NCBI GenBank assembly: GCA_963836025.1
Contig: CAWIIE010000005.1
Coordinates: 202,285-266,284 of the forward strand
DNA length: 64,000 nt
Source of the DNA: an uncultured Actinomycetota bacterium
Lineage (GTDB): Bacteria > Actinomycetota > Actinomycetes > JBEVHX01
Direction of reading: 5' to 3'
Numbering within the stretch: the stretch's first letter is position 1; each line of letters opens with the position of its first letter. This document shows, one piece after another, positions 1 to 9,583 of the stretch. Position numbers and translations under genes: made by a program. The notes below the pieces were generated by a model that was given only the letters and a program-made list of their open reading frames with translations, was not told where the DNA came from and did no database searches.

Positions 1-3000
1 TCCGGCGTGCTATCCGCGGAGACCATCGCCCAGTCCGCCGAGCGCGGCGGCAAGAAGGTCGTCCAGATGGAGTGGGCCGGTGGGCGTAACGGCACGATCG
101 CCGGGCCAACCGTCGACTTCCGCACGTTCCTGTCCGGACGCGGCGTGACGACCAACTTCGTGTCTCCGATCGACCGGCCGGCGCTGATCGCGTCGTTCGG
201 GCTGCAGTACGACCGGGCTGACGGCGCCTTGACCCCCGTGACTCCGCACGCGGTCCCGGCCGCGAGCGGCTGGTCGAACGTGCCGACTTCCCACAGCCCA
301 GCGCTCGAGACCCGGATGCGCGTCATCGACTTCGGCGTCGACAAGTACGGGCTGGACGCCTACATCTACGACAGCACCGACGACGGCACGACGAACTACG
401 ACCGCGTGCTGTTCGCGCGCGGCAAGGACGGCGCCGCGCAGGTCGCCGACCTGAGCAAGGCGGACGGCTTCGCCGACGTCAAGGTCACCGTGCAGGGCGG
501 CGCACTCAACGGCCTGACCGCGGGCATGCTCATCAAGGTCGAGGAGCTGAACGCCGACGCCTCGCAGGTCCGGCTGTTCCACACCTCGGTGACGCGGGCC
601 AACGCCTCCTGGCCGGGCTGGCCTGGCGAGCCCGGCTTCACCGGCGACTTCGCCGAGTACGTCGCGCAGACCTTCCCGACATCGACCGCCGGTGACTTCG
701 CGATCCTCGAGGCCGGCATCGTCAGCGAGGAGACCTACGTCGAGCAGGGCCTGTACTGGGAGACCGGGCACCACCCACTGCTCGAGTACATGATCGAGAC
801 GTATGAGCCCGACCTTGCGCTGGTCGGCTACCCGGTCACCGACGAGTTCCAGCACCAGTTCCTCGGCCTCGTCACGCCGACGGTCCCCGACGGCTCGCCC
901 AACCCCGGCTTCGACGATGTGCTCGTCGACGGCTCGAAGGACGGTCGGGTTGCCGTGCGCGAGGGCTTCATTCGGCGCGCATACGAGGGCGCAGACGCCA
1001 CGATGCGGATGGCTCGTGAGTTGCTCGGCAACCCGCGCAAGGTCGCGACCTTCGTCGGGTCCGACCACGGCTTTGCCCCGCAGTTCCTCGCGATCGACGC
1101 CAGCAAGGTGCTGGTCGACCTCGGGCTGCTGTCGACCCCGCAGACCTCGAACTGCCGGACCGGCGACCGGCGAGACGATTGGGAAGGCCAAGGCCTGCTG
1201 GGCCGGCGGCGCCGTGCAGATCTACCTCAACCTGGCCGGCCGAAACCCGGCGGGCGGCGGCTTCACGCAGGTGGCGGCCGCGGAGAGCGCCGCGACGGTC
1301 TGGCAGCGATCGAGGCGGCCTTCGACGGGCTCATCGACCCGAACGACTGGGACGGCGACGGCCAGCCCGAGGGCTGGAAGGTCATCGACCGGATCTTCAC
1401 CCAGGCCGAGGCCCGCTACATCCCCAACGGCCCAGGCACGACGACCGACATGGCGCACCCGACCCGGACCGGCGACCTGGTCGTGTTCTCCTACCCGCCG
1501 TACCAGTACGACGGTGCGACGCCGGGAACCCTGATCGCGAAGTCCGAGTTCTTCGGCCAGCACGGGTACGTGCCGGACGTCCAGGACCTGGCCGACAACG
1601 TCAACATGCGCGCGACGTTCCTGGCCGGCAGCCAGGACATCACCCGCGGCCGGTTCACGGTCCGCTCGATCGACATCGCCCCGACGATCGCCTACCTGTT
1701 GCGGGTTCCGATGCCGCAGCACTCGCAGGGCCGGGTGCTGACGGAGATCATCCGCGGTGCCAACGTCGTCAAGCCGGTCACGATCATCGGGCTCAACGAC
1801 TTCCACGGCCAGCTGGATCCGACGACGATGGTCATGGACGGGCTGAACGTCACCGTCGGTGGGGCCGGGCAGCTGGCCACCATGTTCGACGAGGACGCGG
1901 CCGCCCTGCCCGGCCCGGCGCTGCTGCTCGCCGGCGGCGACAACGTCGGCGCCAGCCCGCCGAACTCCGGCCTGCTCGAGGACATGCCGGCCATCGACGT
2001 CGAGAACGCCTGGGGTCTGGACGCGACGTCGTACGGCAACCACGAGTTCGACTACGGCCTGGCGCGCCTGCTCGAGCACCAGGAACGGGCGAACTTCCCG
2101 TTCCTCGCTACGAACATCGTCGACGAGGACACCGGCGAGACGCCGGACTGGGTGACTCCGTCGATCGTCGTCACCGTGAACGGCGTGCGGGTCGGTGTGA
2201 TCGGCGCCGCGCTGGAGACGACACCGGAGCTCGTCAGCGCCGGCGCGACCGAGGGCCTGACGTTCCTGCCGGCCGCGGAGCGGATCGCGGCCGAGTCGGA
2301 GCGGCTGCGTCGGCAGGGCGTTCGCGTCCAGGTGGTCGTCATCCACGAGGGCACGGCCAACGGCACGAACACCGTCGACGGCCGGCCCGGCGTCCCGTGG
2401 GACGGGCCCGATCGTGACGATCGCGCGAGGCGCTCGGCGACACGACGGTCGACGCGATCGTCGCCGGGCACACCCACCGGGTGTCCAACCTCATGGTCGG
2501 CAACATCCTGGTGACCGAAGGGATCAACGCCGGCGCCAGCTACTCCGTCCTGCAGATGATGGTCGTCGGCAACGACGTGCAGTGGGTCGGCGGCGCCACC
2601 CGGATCGCCAAGAACCTCGGCGTCGCGCCAGCGAGCCGACGTCAAGGCGATCGTCGACGACGCCAACGCCGAGACGGCGGTGCTGCGCAACCAGGTGATC
2701 GGCACACAGACCGCCGACATCCGGCGCGACCCGACGCGACTCAACGAGTCGTAGATGGGCAACCTCGTCGCCGACGCCATGCGGGCGAAGTACCCCGGTG
2801 TCGACGCAGCGATCACGAACTCGCGGCGGCCTGCGCCAAGACCTCGTGGTCACGCCACCGTCAGCCGGCGAGCAACCTGGCGAGATCACCTGGGGCGAGG
2901 TGTTCGCGGTGCTGCCCTTCGGCAACCGAACGACGATCTTGACGCTGACCGGCGGCGCAGCTCGAGCAGGCGTTCCTCAACGGGTTCAGCCCGGTCTGCA

Positions 3001-3360
3001 ACCCCGCGATCGCCACGGGCCGGTTCCCGCAGGTCTCCGGGCTCGAAGTGCACGTTCACCTGCAACGGCACGACGCCCGTCGTGACCGGGATGTGGAAGG
3101 CACCCGACGGGCCAGCGGGCACGCTGACCCCGATCGGTCCGGCGGACACCGTGCGGCTGGTGACCAACGACTTCATGTTCGGCGGCGGGGACGGCTACAC
3201 CGTGTTCGCCGGCGGCACGGACGTCCCGCAGCCGGGTGACGGCCTGCTGCGAGATCGTGGTCGACCGCATCACGGCCGAATCAGCCCGTCGATCCGCCGC
3301 GTCGAACGGGTCGGAGTCGGGCCGCGATCGTCCGGCAGTAGACAGCCGCGACTGACCTGA
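1..3360 (+). pseudogene. Alkaline-phosphatase-superfamily (pyrophosphatase/phosphodiesterase-like) domain fused to a bifunctional metallophosphatase/5'-nucleotidase. The 5' end lies outside the window. Multiply frameshifted, with one in-frame stop.
   Basis: ORF 7..2514 has '[12 protein letters not shown]' (alt-frame '[18 protein letters not shown]'), then calcineurin-type motifs '[11 protein letters not shown]', '[12 protein letters not shown]', 'YGNHEFDYG'. The 5'-NT C-domain ('MGNLVADAMRAKYPGVDAAITNS', 'GEITWGEVFAVLPFGN', 'LVTNDFMFGGGDGY') is scattered over ORFs 2481..2942, 2798..3085 and 2755..3360. Frame changes lie near 1168/1300, 2411, 2431, 2632, 2822, 2950, 3052 and 3250-3290. In-frame TAG at 2752-2754. 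Confidence 0.75.
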
Positions 3361-3392
3361 CCCGCGACCGCAGAGTTCGCGGGTCGGGTCAG
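3352..3392. terminator. Bidirectional hairpin between convergent genes
   Basis: ctgacctgacccgcga (3352-3367) pairs with tcgcgggtcgggtcag (3377-3392): 16 bp with one G-U and a 9-nt loop. It overlaps the stop codons of both flanking ORFs. No U-tract. Confidence 0.5.
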
Positions 3393-3523
3393 TCGCGCTC
3401 GAAGTCGTAGTCCCCGTATGCGCTGAAGTCCAGCCGCGGCGCCGGTCCGATCGCGGCCCGCATGGCCCGCAGAAGGTCCGGGTCTTGCTGCTCTTCGCTC
3501 GTGAACTGCAGGTCCTTGCTCAT
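3389..3523 (-). CDS. Small acidic hypothetical protein (44 aa, MSKDLQFTSEEQQDPDLLRAM...)
   Basis: Internal ATG of ORF 3389..3571, preceded by an AAGGGGGG Shine-Dalgarno about 7 nt upstream. No family recognised. Confidence 0.4.
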   Translation of the reverse strand: MSKDLQFTSEEQQDPDLLRAMRAAIGPAPRLDFSAYGDYDFERD

Positions 3524-3658
3524 GTCGCCCCCCTTGCGGGAACCGCGCCAACAGGTCCCCGAAAGGAGCATCTGCCGAAGACCTTGATACCGACAGCGGT
3601 GATTCGGACGAACCTGCCCGTCCGGATGGCCGATCGGGGTCAGCCGATCTGGGCCGGC

Positions 3659-4710
3659 CTACTTGAGGTCGGTGTCCCGGCTGGGCTGCACCCGCTTCGG
3701 CTCCCCCGGCATCTTCGGGTACTGCGGGGGGTAGGGCATGTCGCCCTCGCCGGTGTCCTGCTCGTCGCGCTCGTACCACTCCAGCAGCGGCGTCAGGTCG
3801 TGCACGACGTCGTCGATGCCGGCGTGCAGGTCACCGAGCTCGGCGAACCGGCCGGGCGCGGTCCGGATGGTGAAGTCCTCCGGCGCGACGTCGGGCAGCT
3901 CGGACCAACGCAGCGGCATCGACACCGGCGCGTGCGCCTTCGGCCGCACCGAGTAGGCGGACGCGATCGTGCGGTCCCGGGCGTTCTGGTTGTAGTCGAG
4001 GAAGATCTGCTCGCCGCGCTCCTCCTTCCACCATTTCATCGTCACCAGGTCGGGCCGCCGCCGCGCCATCTCGCGGCCGAACGCGATCGCCGAGTGCCGC
4101 ACCTCGGTGAAGCTCCAGCGCGGCTGGATCCGGACGTACACGTGGATCCCGCGCCCGCCCGAGGTCTTGGGCCAGCCGACCCAGCCGAGCTCGTCGAGTA
4201 TCGACTTCATCAGCTCGGCGGCCTCGACCGCGTCCTTGAAGTCGGTGCCCGGCTGCGGGTCGAGGTCCAGTCGCAGCTCGTCCGGCGCCTCCACATCGGT
4301 CTTGCGCACCGGCCAGGGATGAAAGGTGATCGTGCCGAGGTTCGCCATCCACGCCGACCACCGCCAGGTGGTCCGGCGCCACCTCGTCGGCGGTGCGGCC
4401 GGACGGGAACGTGATGTGCGCGGTCCGGACCCACGGCGGTGCGTTCTTCGGCACCCGCTTCTGGAAGAACGCGTCCCCGTGCGGGTCGGTTCGGGTCGCC
4501 TGCTTCACACCCGGGGTGCACGCCGGCCGGCCAGCGCTCCATCGTGGTCGGCCGGTCCTTCAGCGCCCGCAGGATGCCGTCGCCGACGGAGACGTAGTAC
4601 TGGACCAGGTCCAGCTTCGTCAGACCGACCTCCGGGAAGTAGACCTTGTCCGGATTGGTTACCCGCACTGTCAGGTCGTCGATGTCCAGCTCGATCGCGG
4701 GCGTCGGCAT
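3659..4710 (-). pseudogene. Stand-alone LigD-type NHEJ polymerase/primase domain (PolDom), frameshifted
   Basis: N-terminus 'MPTPAIELDIDDLTVRVTNPDKVYFPEVGLTKLDLVQYY' (ORF 4210..4740), middle 'DAFFQKRVPKNAPPWVRTAHITFPSGRTADEV' (ORF 3831..4508), C-terminus 'MANLGTITFHPWP..GGRGIHVYVRI..FLDYNQNARDRT' (ORF 3659..4348). Frame changes near 4505 and 4345 (extra G in GTCGGCGTGG). Confidence 0.8.
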
Positions 4711-4733
4711 ACGACTCAAACTAGCGTGGAGCC

Positions 4734-5165
4734 ATGACAAAGCAGGCGCACAAGATCGGCGACGGGGACTACGCCGTGCAGAAGTCCGACGAGCAGTGGC
4801 GGGCCGAGCTGTCGAAGGCGGAGTACCACGTGCTGCGGCAGGCGGGCACCGAGCCGCCGTTCATCGGCGAGTACACCGACACCAAGACCGAGGGCGTCTA
4901 CTCCTGTCGGGCCTGCGGCGCGGAGCTGTTCCGCTCGGACACCAAGTTCGACAGTCACTGCGGCTGGCCGTCGTTCTACGACCCGGCGAGCAGCGATGCG
5001 GTCGAGCTGATCGAGGACCGCAGCCTGTTCATGAAACGGGTCGAGGTGCGCTGCCGGCGCTGCGGATCGCACCTGGGGCACGTGTTCGAGGGCGAGGGCT
5101 ACGGCACCCCGACCGACCAGCGGTACTGCATCAACTCCGTGAGCCTGCGGCTGAACCCTGCGTAG
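4734..5165 (+). CDS. msrB: Peptide-methionine (R)-S-oxide reductase MsrB
   Basis: Intact 143 aa. Two CxxC zinc pairs (CRACGAELF, CRRCGSHLGHVF) and 'HCGWPSF'. Position is syntenic with Mtb Rv2674. Confidence 0.95.
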   Translation: MTKQAHKIGDGDYAVQKSDEQWRAELSKAEYHVLRQAGTEPPFIGEYTDTKTEGVYSCRACGAELFRSDTKFDSHCGWPSFYDPASSDAVELIEDRSLFMKRVEVRCRRCGSHLGHVFEGEGYGTPTDQRYCINSVSLRLNPA

Positions 5166-5174
5166 TCCGCCGTC

Positions 5175-5793
5175 ATGGGGTTGTACACCGAGCACGTCCT
5201 GCCGCGGATTCACAACGTCGCGTGCAATGTCAGCGCCGCCAAGCAGTGGCGCAAGCGCGTCTGTGCAGGCCTCGAGGGCGAGGTTGTCGAGATCGGGTTC
5301 GGCTCCGGCCTGAATGTCCCCTACTACCCGGCAGCCGTGACGTCGGTCGACGCGGTCGAGCCGTCGGATGTCGCCTGGCGGCTGGCTTCCGACCGCGTGT
5401 CCGCGAGCACGGTGCCGGTCCGGCGATCTGGCCTCGATGGTCAGGCGGCTGCCGTTCGACGACGGCAGCCATGACACCGCCCTGTCAACGTGGACGATGT
5501 GCACGATCCCGGATGTCAGCTGCCGCCCTGCGCGAGCTGCGGCGCGTGCTCCGACCCGGCGGAACACTGCACTTCGTCGAGCACGGCCTCGCGCCGGACG
5601 AGAACGTGCAGCGTTGGCAGCACCGGCTCAACCCGATCCAGAACCGCCTGGCGGGCGGCTGCAACATCAACCGGCGCATCAGCCGACCTGCTGACCGACG
5701 CCGGCTTCACGATCCGCGAGATGCGACGTCTTCTACGGCGGTGTGCCCAAGTCCTACGTCGCGCTGTCGCTCGGGGTCGCCGTGTCGCCCTGA
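5175..5793 (+). pseudogene. Class I SAM-dependent methyltransferase (Methyltransf_11-like), frameshifted
   Basis: 'VVEIGFGSGLN' (motif I), 'RLPFDDGSHDTALSTWTMCTIPD', 'LRELRRVLRPGGTLHFVEHG', 'LLTDAGFTIREM' sit in four different ORF-track frames. Junctions near 5446, 5518, 5683 and 5724. Reconstructed stop TGA at 5791-5793. Confidence 0.75.
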
Positions 5794-6294
5794 TCAGGGT
5801 GCGCGTGGTCGTGCGCGTCGTGGTCTGCGTGCCGTCGACGTGCGCGTCGTGGCCGTGCATGTACTGGTGCGTCACGCGCGTGCCCCTTGCCGCGGGCGAT
5901 CAGCGCCCGGTTCACCGGGACGGTGACCACGAACGCCACGGCCAGCGCGAAGGCGAGCGACGCCCCAGAACAGCCAGTCAGCAGCCCGGCCTCCATCGCG
6001 CCCGGGACCGCCAGCAGCACCGCGTTGTCGACGATCTCCATCGTCAGGATGGACAGCGTGTCGGCGAGCAGGACCACCACGAGCGCCTCGGCGCACCGGC
6101 ACGCCCGCCCGCACGACCGGCGTGAACGACAGCAGGTAGCCGAAGAAGAACGCGAGCACGACGGCCAACGCGATCGACGCCGCGTCGCCCCAGCCCCACC
6201 AGGTGGCCAGCACCATGCCGAGCACCTCGCCGATCGCACAGCCGGTCAGGCAGTGCGTTGTCGCCGAGATTGCCTGTCGGGTCAGCTCACTCAT
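5754..6294 (-). pseudogene. DUF4396-like integral membrane protein with His-rich C-terminal tail, frameshifted
   Basis: 'MSELTRQAISATTHCLTGCAIGEVLGMVLATWWGW..' (ORF 5872..6294) continues as '..AEALVVVLLADTLSILTMEIVDNAVLLAVPGAMEAGL..VNRALIARGKGHA' (ORF 5754..6239). Junction near 6110. The tail frame is ambiguous (about 5870). Confidence 0.6.
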
Positions 6295-6341
6295 TCGCCA
6301 AGCCCCCGCGGACCCCCATAGGGTATCTGCTAGTCAAGCCC

Positions 6342-7150
6342 TCAGTCCGACAGGATCAGCTCAGGGCAGAGCGCGACGATCTCCGCGACCGGGCGCCGGC
6401 GGCCGGTGTAGAACGGCACCTCCTCACGCACGTGCAGCCGGGCCCGCGACGCCCGCAGGTGGCGCATCAGGTCGACGATGCGGTGCAGCTCGTCGGCCTC
6501 GAACGCGAGGATCCACTCGTAGTCGCCGAGCGCGAACGACGCCACCGTGTTGGCCCGCACGTCCGGGTAGTCGCGGGCCATCACGCCGTGCTCCGCCAGC
6601 ATCGCGCGGCGCTCCTCGTCCGGAAGCAGGTACCAGTCGTAGGAGCGCACGAACGGGTAGACGCACACGTACTGCCGCGGGCTCTCGTCGGCCAGGAACG
6701 CCGGCACGTGGCTCTTGTTGAACTCGGCCGGCCGGTGCAGCGCAGCCGCCGACCACACCGGCGCGAGCGCGCGGCCGAGAGCCGGTGCGGCGCAGCCGGG
6801 AGTATGCGTCCTGCAGCGCGTCGGCGGACTCCGCGTGCCACCACACCATCAGGTCGGCGTCGTGCCGCAGGCCGGCTCACGTCGTAGACCCCGCGCACCA
6901 CGACGTCCTTGCCGGCCAGCTCCGCGAACAGCTCCTCGACCTCCGCGGTCAGTGCCGCCCGGTCCTCCGGCACCGGCGCTGCCGCCCGGAAGACCGACCA
7001 CATCGTGTAGCGGATGACCTGGTTCAGGTCGCGGGCCTTCGGGCGGGTTGGGTCGGGAGACTGCTCAGGGCGGGCTGGGTCGGGGGACAGCTCAGGGGCA
7101 GTCGGGAGACGGTTCAGGTCGCGGTGCCGCCGGGTCAGCCATGGCCCCAT
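6342..7150 (-). pseudogene. hemQ: Coproheme decarboxylase HemQ/ChdC (chlorite-dismutase family), frameshifted, with a repeat-containing N-terminal insertion
   Basis: 'LNQVIRYTMWSVFRA' (ORF 6581..7249), '[19 protein letters not shown]' (ORF 6424..6849), '[33 protein letters not shown]..' (ORF 6342..6758). Junctions near 6872 and 6780. Lies directly downstream of hemY, as in Mtb Rv2677c-Rv2676c. Confidence 0.85.
7042..7110. repeat. 27-nt tandem repeat (2.6 copies) inside the 5' end of hemQ
   Basis: ggcgggttgggtcgggagactgctcag (7042-7068) and ggcgggctgggtcgggggacagctcag (7069-7095) match at 24/27, followed by a partial third unit (7096-7110). The segment is flanked by ggttcaggtcgcgg at 7021-7034 and 7111-7124. 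Confidence 0.85.
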
Positions 7151-8568
7151 TGTCGTCGCTCGCCCAGGCCGCGCAGCACCTGACCAGCCGCCCGCTCGGC
7201 GCTCGCCACGCAGGCCGGCACACCCACCCCGTCGTATGCGGCGCCGCACACGGCCAGCCCGGAGGTTGCCTCGACGGCACCGCGGATCCGGTCGACGCGG
7301 TCGACGTGCCCGACGGCGTACTGCGGCAGCGCGCCACCCCAGCGGTTGACCACGACGTCGACCGGCGGCTGGTCGAACCCGGTGACCCGAGCGAGGTCGG
7401 CCAGCGCCACGGCGGCGAGCTGATCGTCGGACCGCTGCAGGTCCGCCTCCTCACGATGCCGACCGACCGACATGCGCACGACGACCCGGGCCGGGTCCTG
7501 CGCGCCGACCCACCCCACTTCGAGGACGAGAACGTCGCCGCCTTGATGGTCAGGCCCTCGACCGGCGGCACCAGGAACCCGGTGCCGACCAGTGCCCGGT
7601 TGCCGGTCGCCGGCAGGACGGCGGTCACGATCGCGACGCTCGCATACTCGATCGCGGCCAGCTCCCTGGCGGCTACCGGCAGCGCCTTCGAGAGCAGCCG
7701 GGCCGCAGGAGCAGCGGGGACCGCAAGGACCACCGCATCCGCCTGCAGTCGCCGTGCGGACCGGGTCTCCCCGACGACCACCTGCCAGCCATCGGGGGTG
7801 CGCGTCAGGCCACGGACGGTCGACGCGGTGCTCGATGTCGACCCCGGCAGCGCGCAGGCGCTCGGCCACGGCCAACGGCAGCCGGCCGAGGCCGCCGCGG
7901 ACGGTGGCGAACAGCGGCCCGGGATCGGCGGACCCAGCAACCTGCCGGGACGCCGCGGTCAGCAGCGAGCGCTCCACCCGAACCGCGCCGGCCAGCTGCG
8001 GCAGCGCGGCCTCGAGGGAGATCTCGTTCGCATGCCCGGCGTACACCCCACCGAGCAACGGCTCGACCAGCCGGTCAACGACCTCGCGTCCGAGGCGGGC
8101 GGCGACCAGCGACCCGATCGCCACGTCGCCGTCCACCGACGTCGGGCGGCATACGTGGTCGAGCGGAATGCGCAACAGCCCGCGCCACGACAACACCTGG
8201 CTGGCGGCGAGCGCACGCAGGTCGGTCGGGACGCCCATCACCAGGCCGCGCGGCATCGCGCGGAGCACGCCGCGGGTCCATACCGCCGCCCCCTCGGCTG
8301 TCGGGTGCTCGATGTGGTCGGCCAGCCCGACGGCCTCGGCGAGGGCGAGGCCCTCCGGCCGACGCGCGAGCATCGACTCCGCGCCGGCGTCCACGGTGCG
8401 GCCCGCCGACCTCGGTCAGCGCCAGCTTCCCCCGACCGACTCGGCCGCCTCGAGCACGGTCACGTGCAGCGCCGGCCCGCCATCGCGGACCAGCGCCCAG
8501 GCGGCCGCCAGCCCGGCGATGCCCCCGCCCACCACGACGACATCGATCCGGGGCAACGGATCGGTCAC
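7135..8568 (-). pseudogene. hemY: Protoporphyrinogen/coproporphyrinogen III oxidase HemY (CgoX), frameshifted
   Basis: FAD fold 'IDVVVVGGGIAGLAAAWAL' (ORF 8416..8613), 'GKLALTEVGG', 'VDAGAESMLARRPEG..LLGGVYAGHANEISL' (ORF 7135..8394), 'STVRGLTRTPDGWQVVVGE..LAAIEYASVAIVT..GFLVPP' (ORF 7092..7940), 'NRWGGALPQY..GAAYDGVGVPACV'. Junctions near 8437, 8399, 7835 and 7520. Confidence 0.85.
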
Positions 8569-8669
8569 GCATGGGTCACAGCCTCGCAGAGCCGGAACCG
8601 GAACCCGCGGCACGCCGTCCCAGCGGACGAGCCGTCGCGCCAGCGAGGCCGGAGCCAGAGGGGACGCTC

Positions 8670-9583
8670 ATGAGAGTCACGAAACGGACAGCGGTGCTGG
8701 CGGGCAGCATCCTCGCCTTGGTCTTGCTCACGGCCTGCGGCAACGGCGACAGCACCGACGACGGCGGTGCGGGCTCGAGTGGCGGCAGCGAGGCGGGCGG
8801 CACGTCGGAGCAGGACGCGGCTCGCGGCGGCGCACCGGAGGCGGCCGTCGGAGGAGGCTCAGGCGGTCGGCGACACCACCGACCGTCACGGTGGCGACCC
8901 AGGACGACGCGCTGCTCATCAGAACCGCGAGCCTGCAGGTCCGCACCGACGACGTCCGGTCGGCGGTGCGCGACGTCGAAGAGCTGGCGACGGCTCTGCA
9001 GGGGACGATCACGTCGTCCCAGGTCAGCGCGGCGCCGAACGAGGACGAGAGCCAGGCGCGGGCCACGCTCACCATCCGGGTTCCGGAGGAGCGTTTCCGG
9101 GAGGCGCTGCGCTCGGTCGCCGACCTCGGCGAGGTGCTCGACCAGCACGAGAACGCCCAGGACGTGACGACCGAGGTCGTGGACGTCGACGCGCGGGTGA
9201 AGAGCCAGCAGGCCAGCGTCGAACGGGTTCGCGCACTGCTCGCCGAGGCCACCACGATCGGTGAGGTCGTCTCCGTCGAGGCCGAGCTGGCCCGTCGCGA
9301 GGCCGACCTGGACGCGTTGCTGTCCCGGCAGGCGACACTCGCCGACCAGACGGCGCGCGCCACCATCACCGTCGAGCTCGTCGGGCCCGAGGCCGTGGTC
9401 GCTGAACCCGAGGAGGAGCGCGGCTTCCTCTACGGGCTCGAGCAGGGATGGGCCGCGTTCGTCGCCAGCGGTGCCATCGTGCTCACCATGCTGGGCGCCG
9501 TCCTGCCGTTCGCCGTCGCCGGCCTGCTCGTTCTCGCGGTCACCCTCGGGTCTCTGCGTGCACGAGCTCGACGATCCGCGTGA
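8670..9583 (+). pseudogene. DUF4349-like lipoprotein (one frame change in the low-complexity linker)
   Basis: Lipobox 'MRVTKRTAVLAGSILALVLLTAC' (ATG 8670, SD GGAG upstream). From about 8870 it continues in the frame of ORF 7592..9583: 'TVTVATQDDALLIRTASLQVRTDDV..ATLTIRVPEERF..' with a coiled-coil and a C-terminal TM helix. Confidence 0.6.

Noticed and set aside
6312-6324. ACCC-N5-GGGT element (acccccatagggt) upstream of the DUF4396 gene, reminiscent of CsoR-type copper-sensor operators
   Set aside because: Only 4+4 complementary bases and the flanks do not extend the symmetry. This is too weak to call a site, and no csoR gene lies nearby.
8613-8670. A divergent hemY / DUF4349 spacer as a shared regulatory region
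   Set aside because: Once hemY is started at GTG 8568, the spacer shows no palindromes or recognisable -35/-10 pairs that I could defend.
7592-9583. A 663-aa plus-strand ORF spanning the hemY region
   Set aside because: Only the last about 240 aa (DUF4349 part, from about 8870) look like protein. The rest is antisense to hemY with an Arg/Pro/Ser-rich composition.
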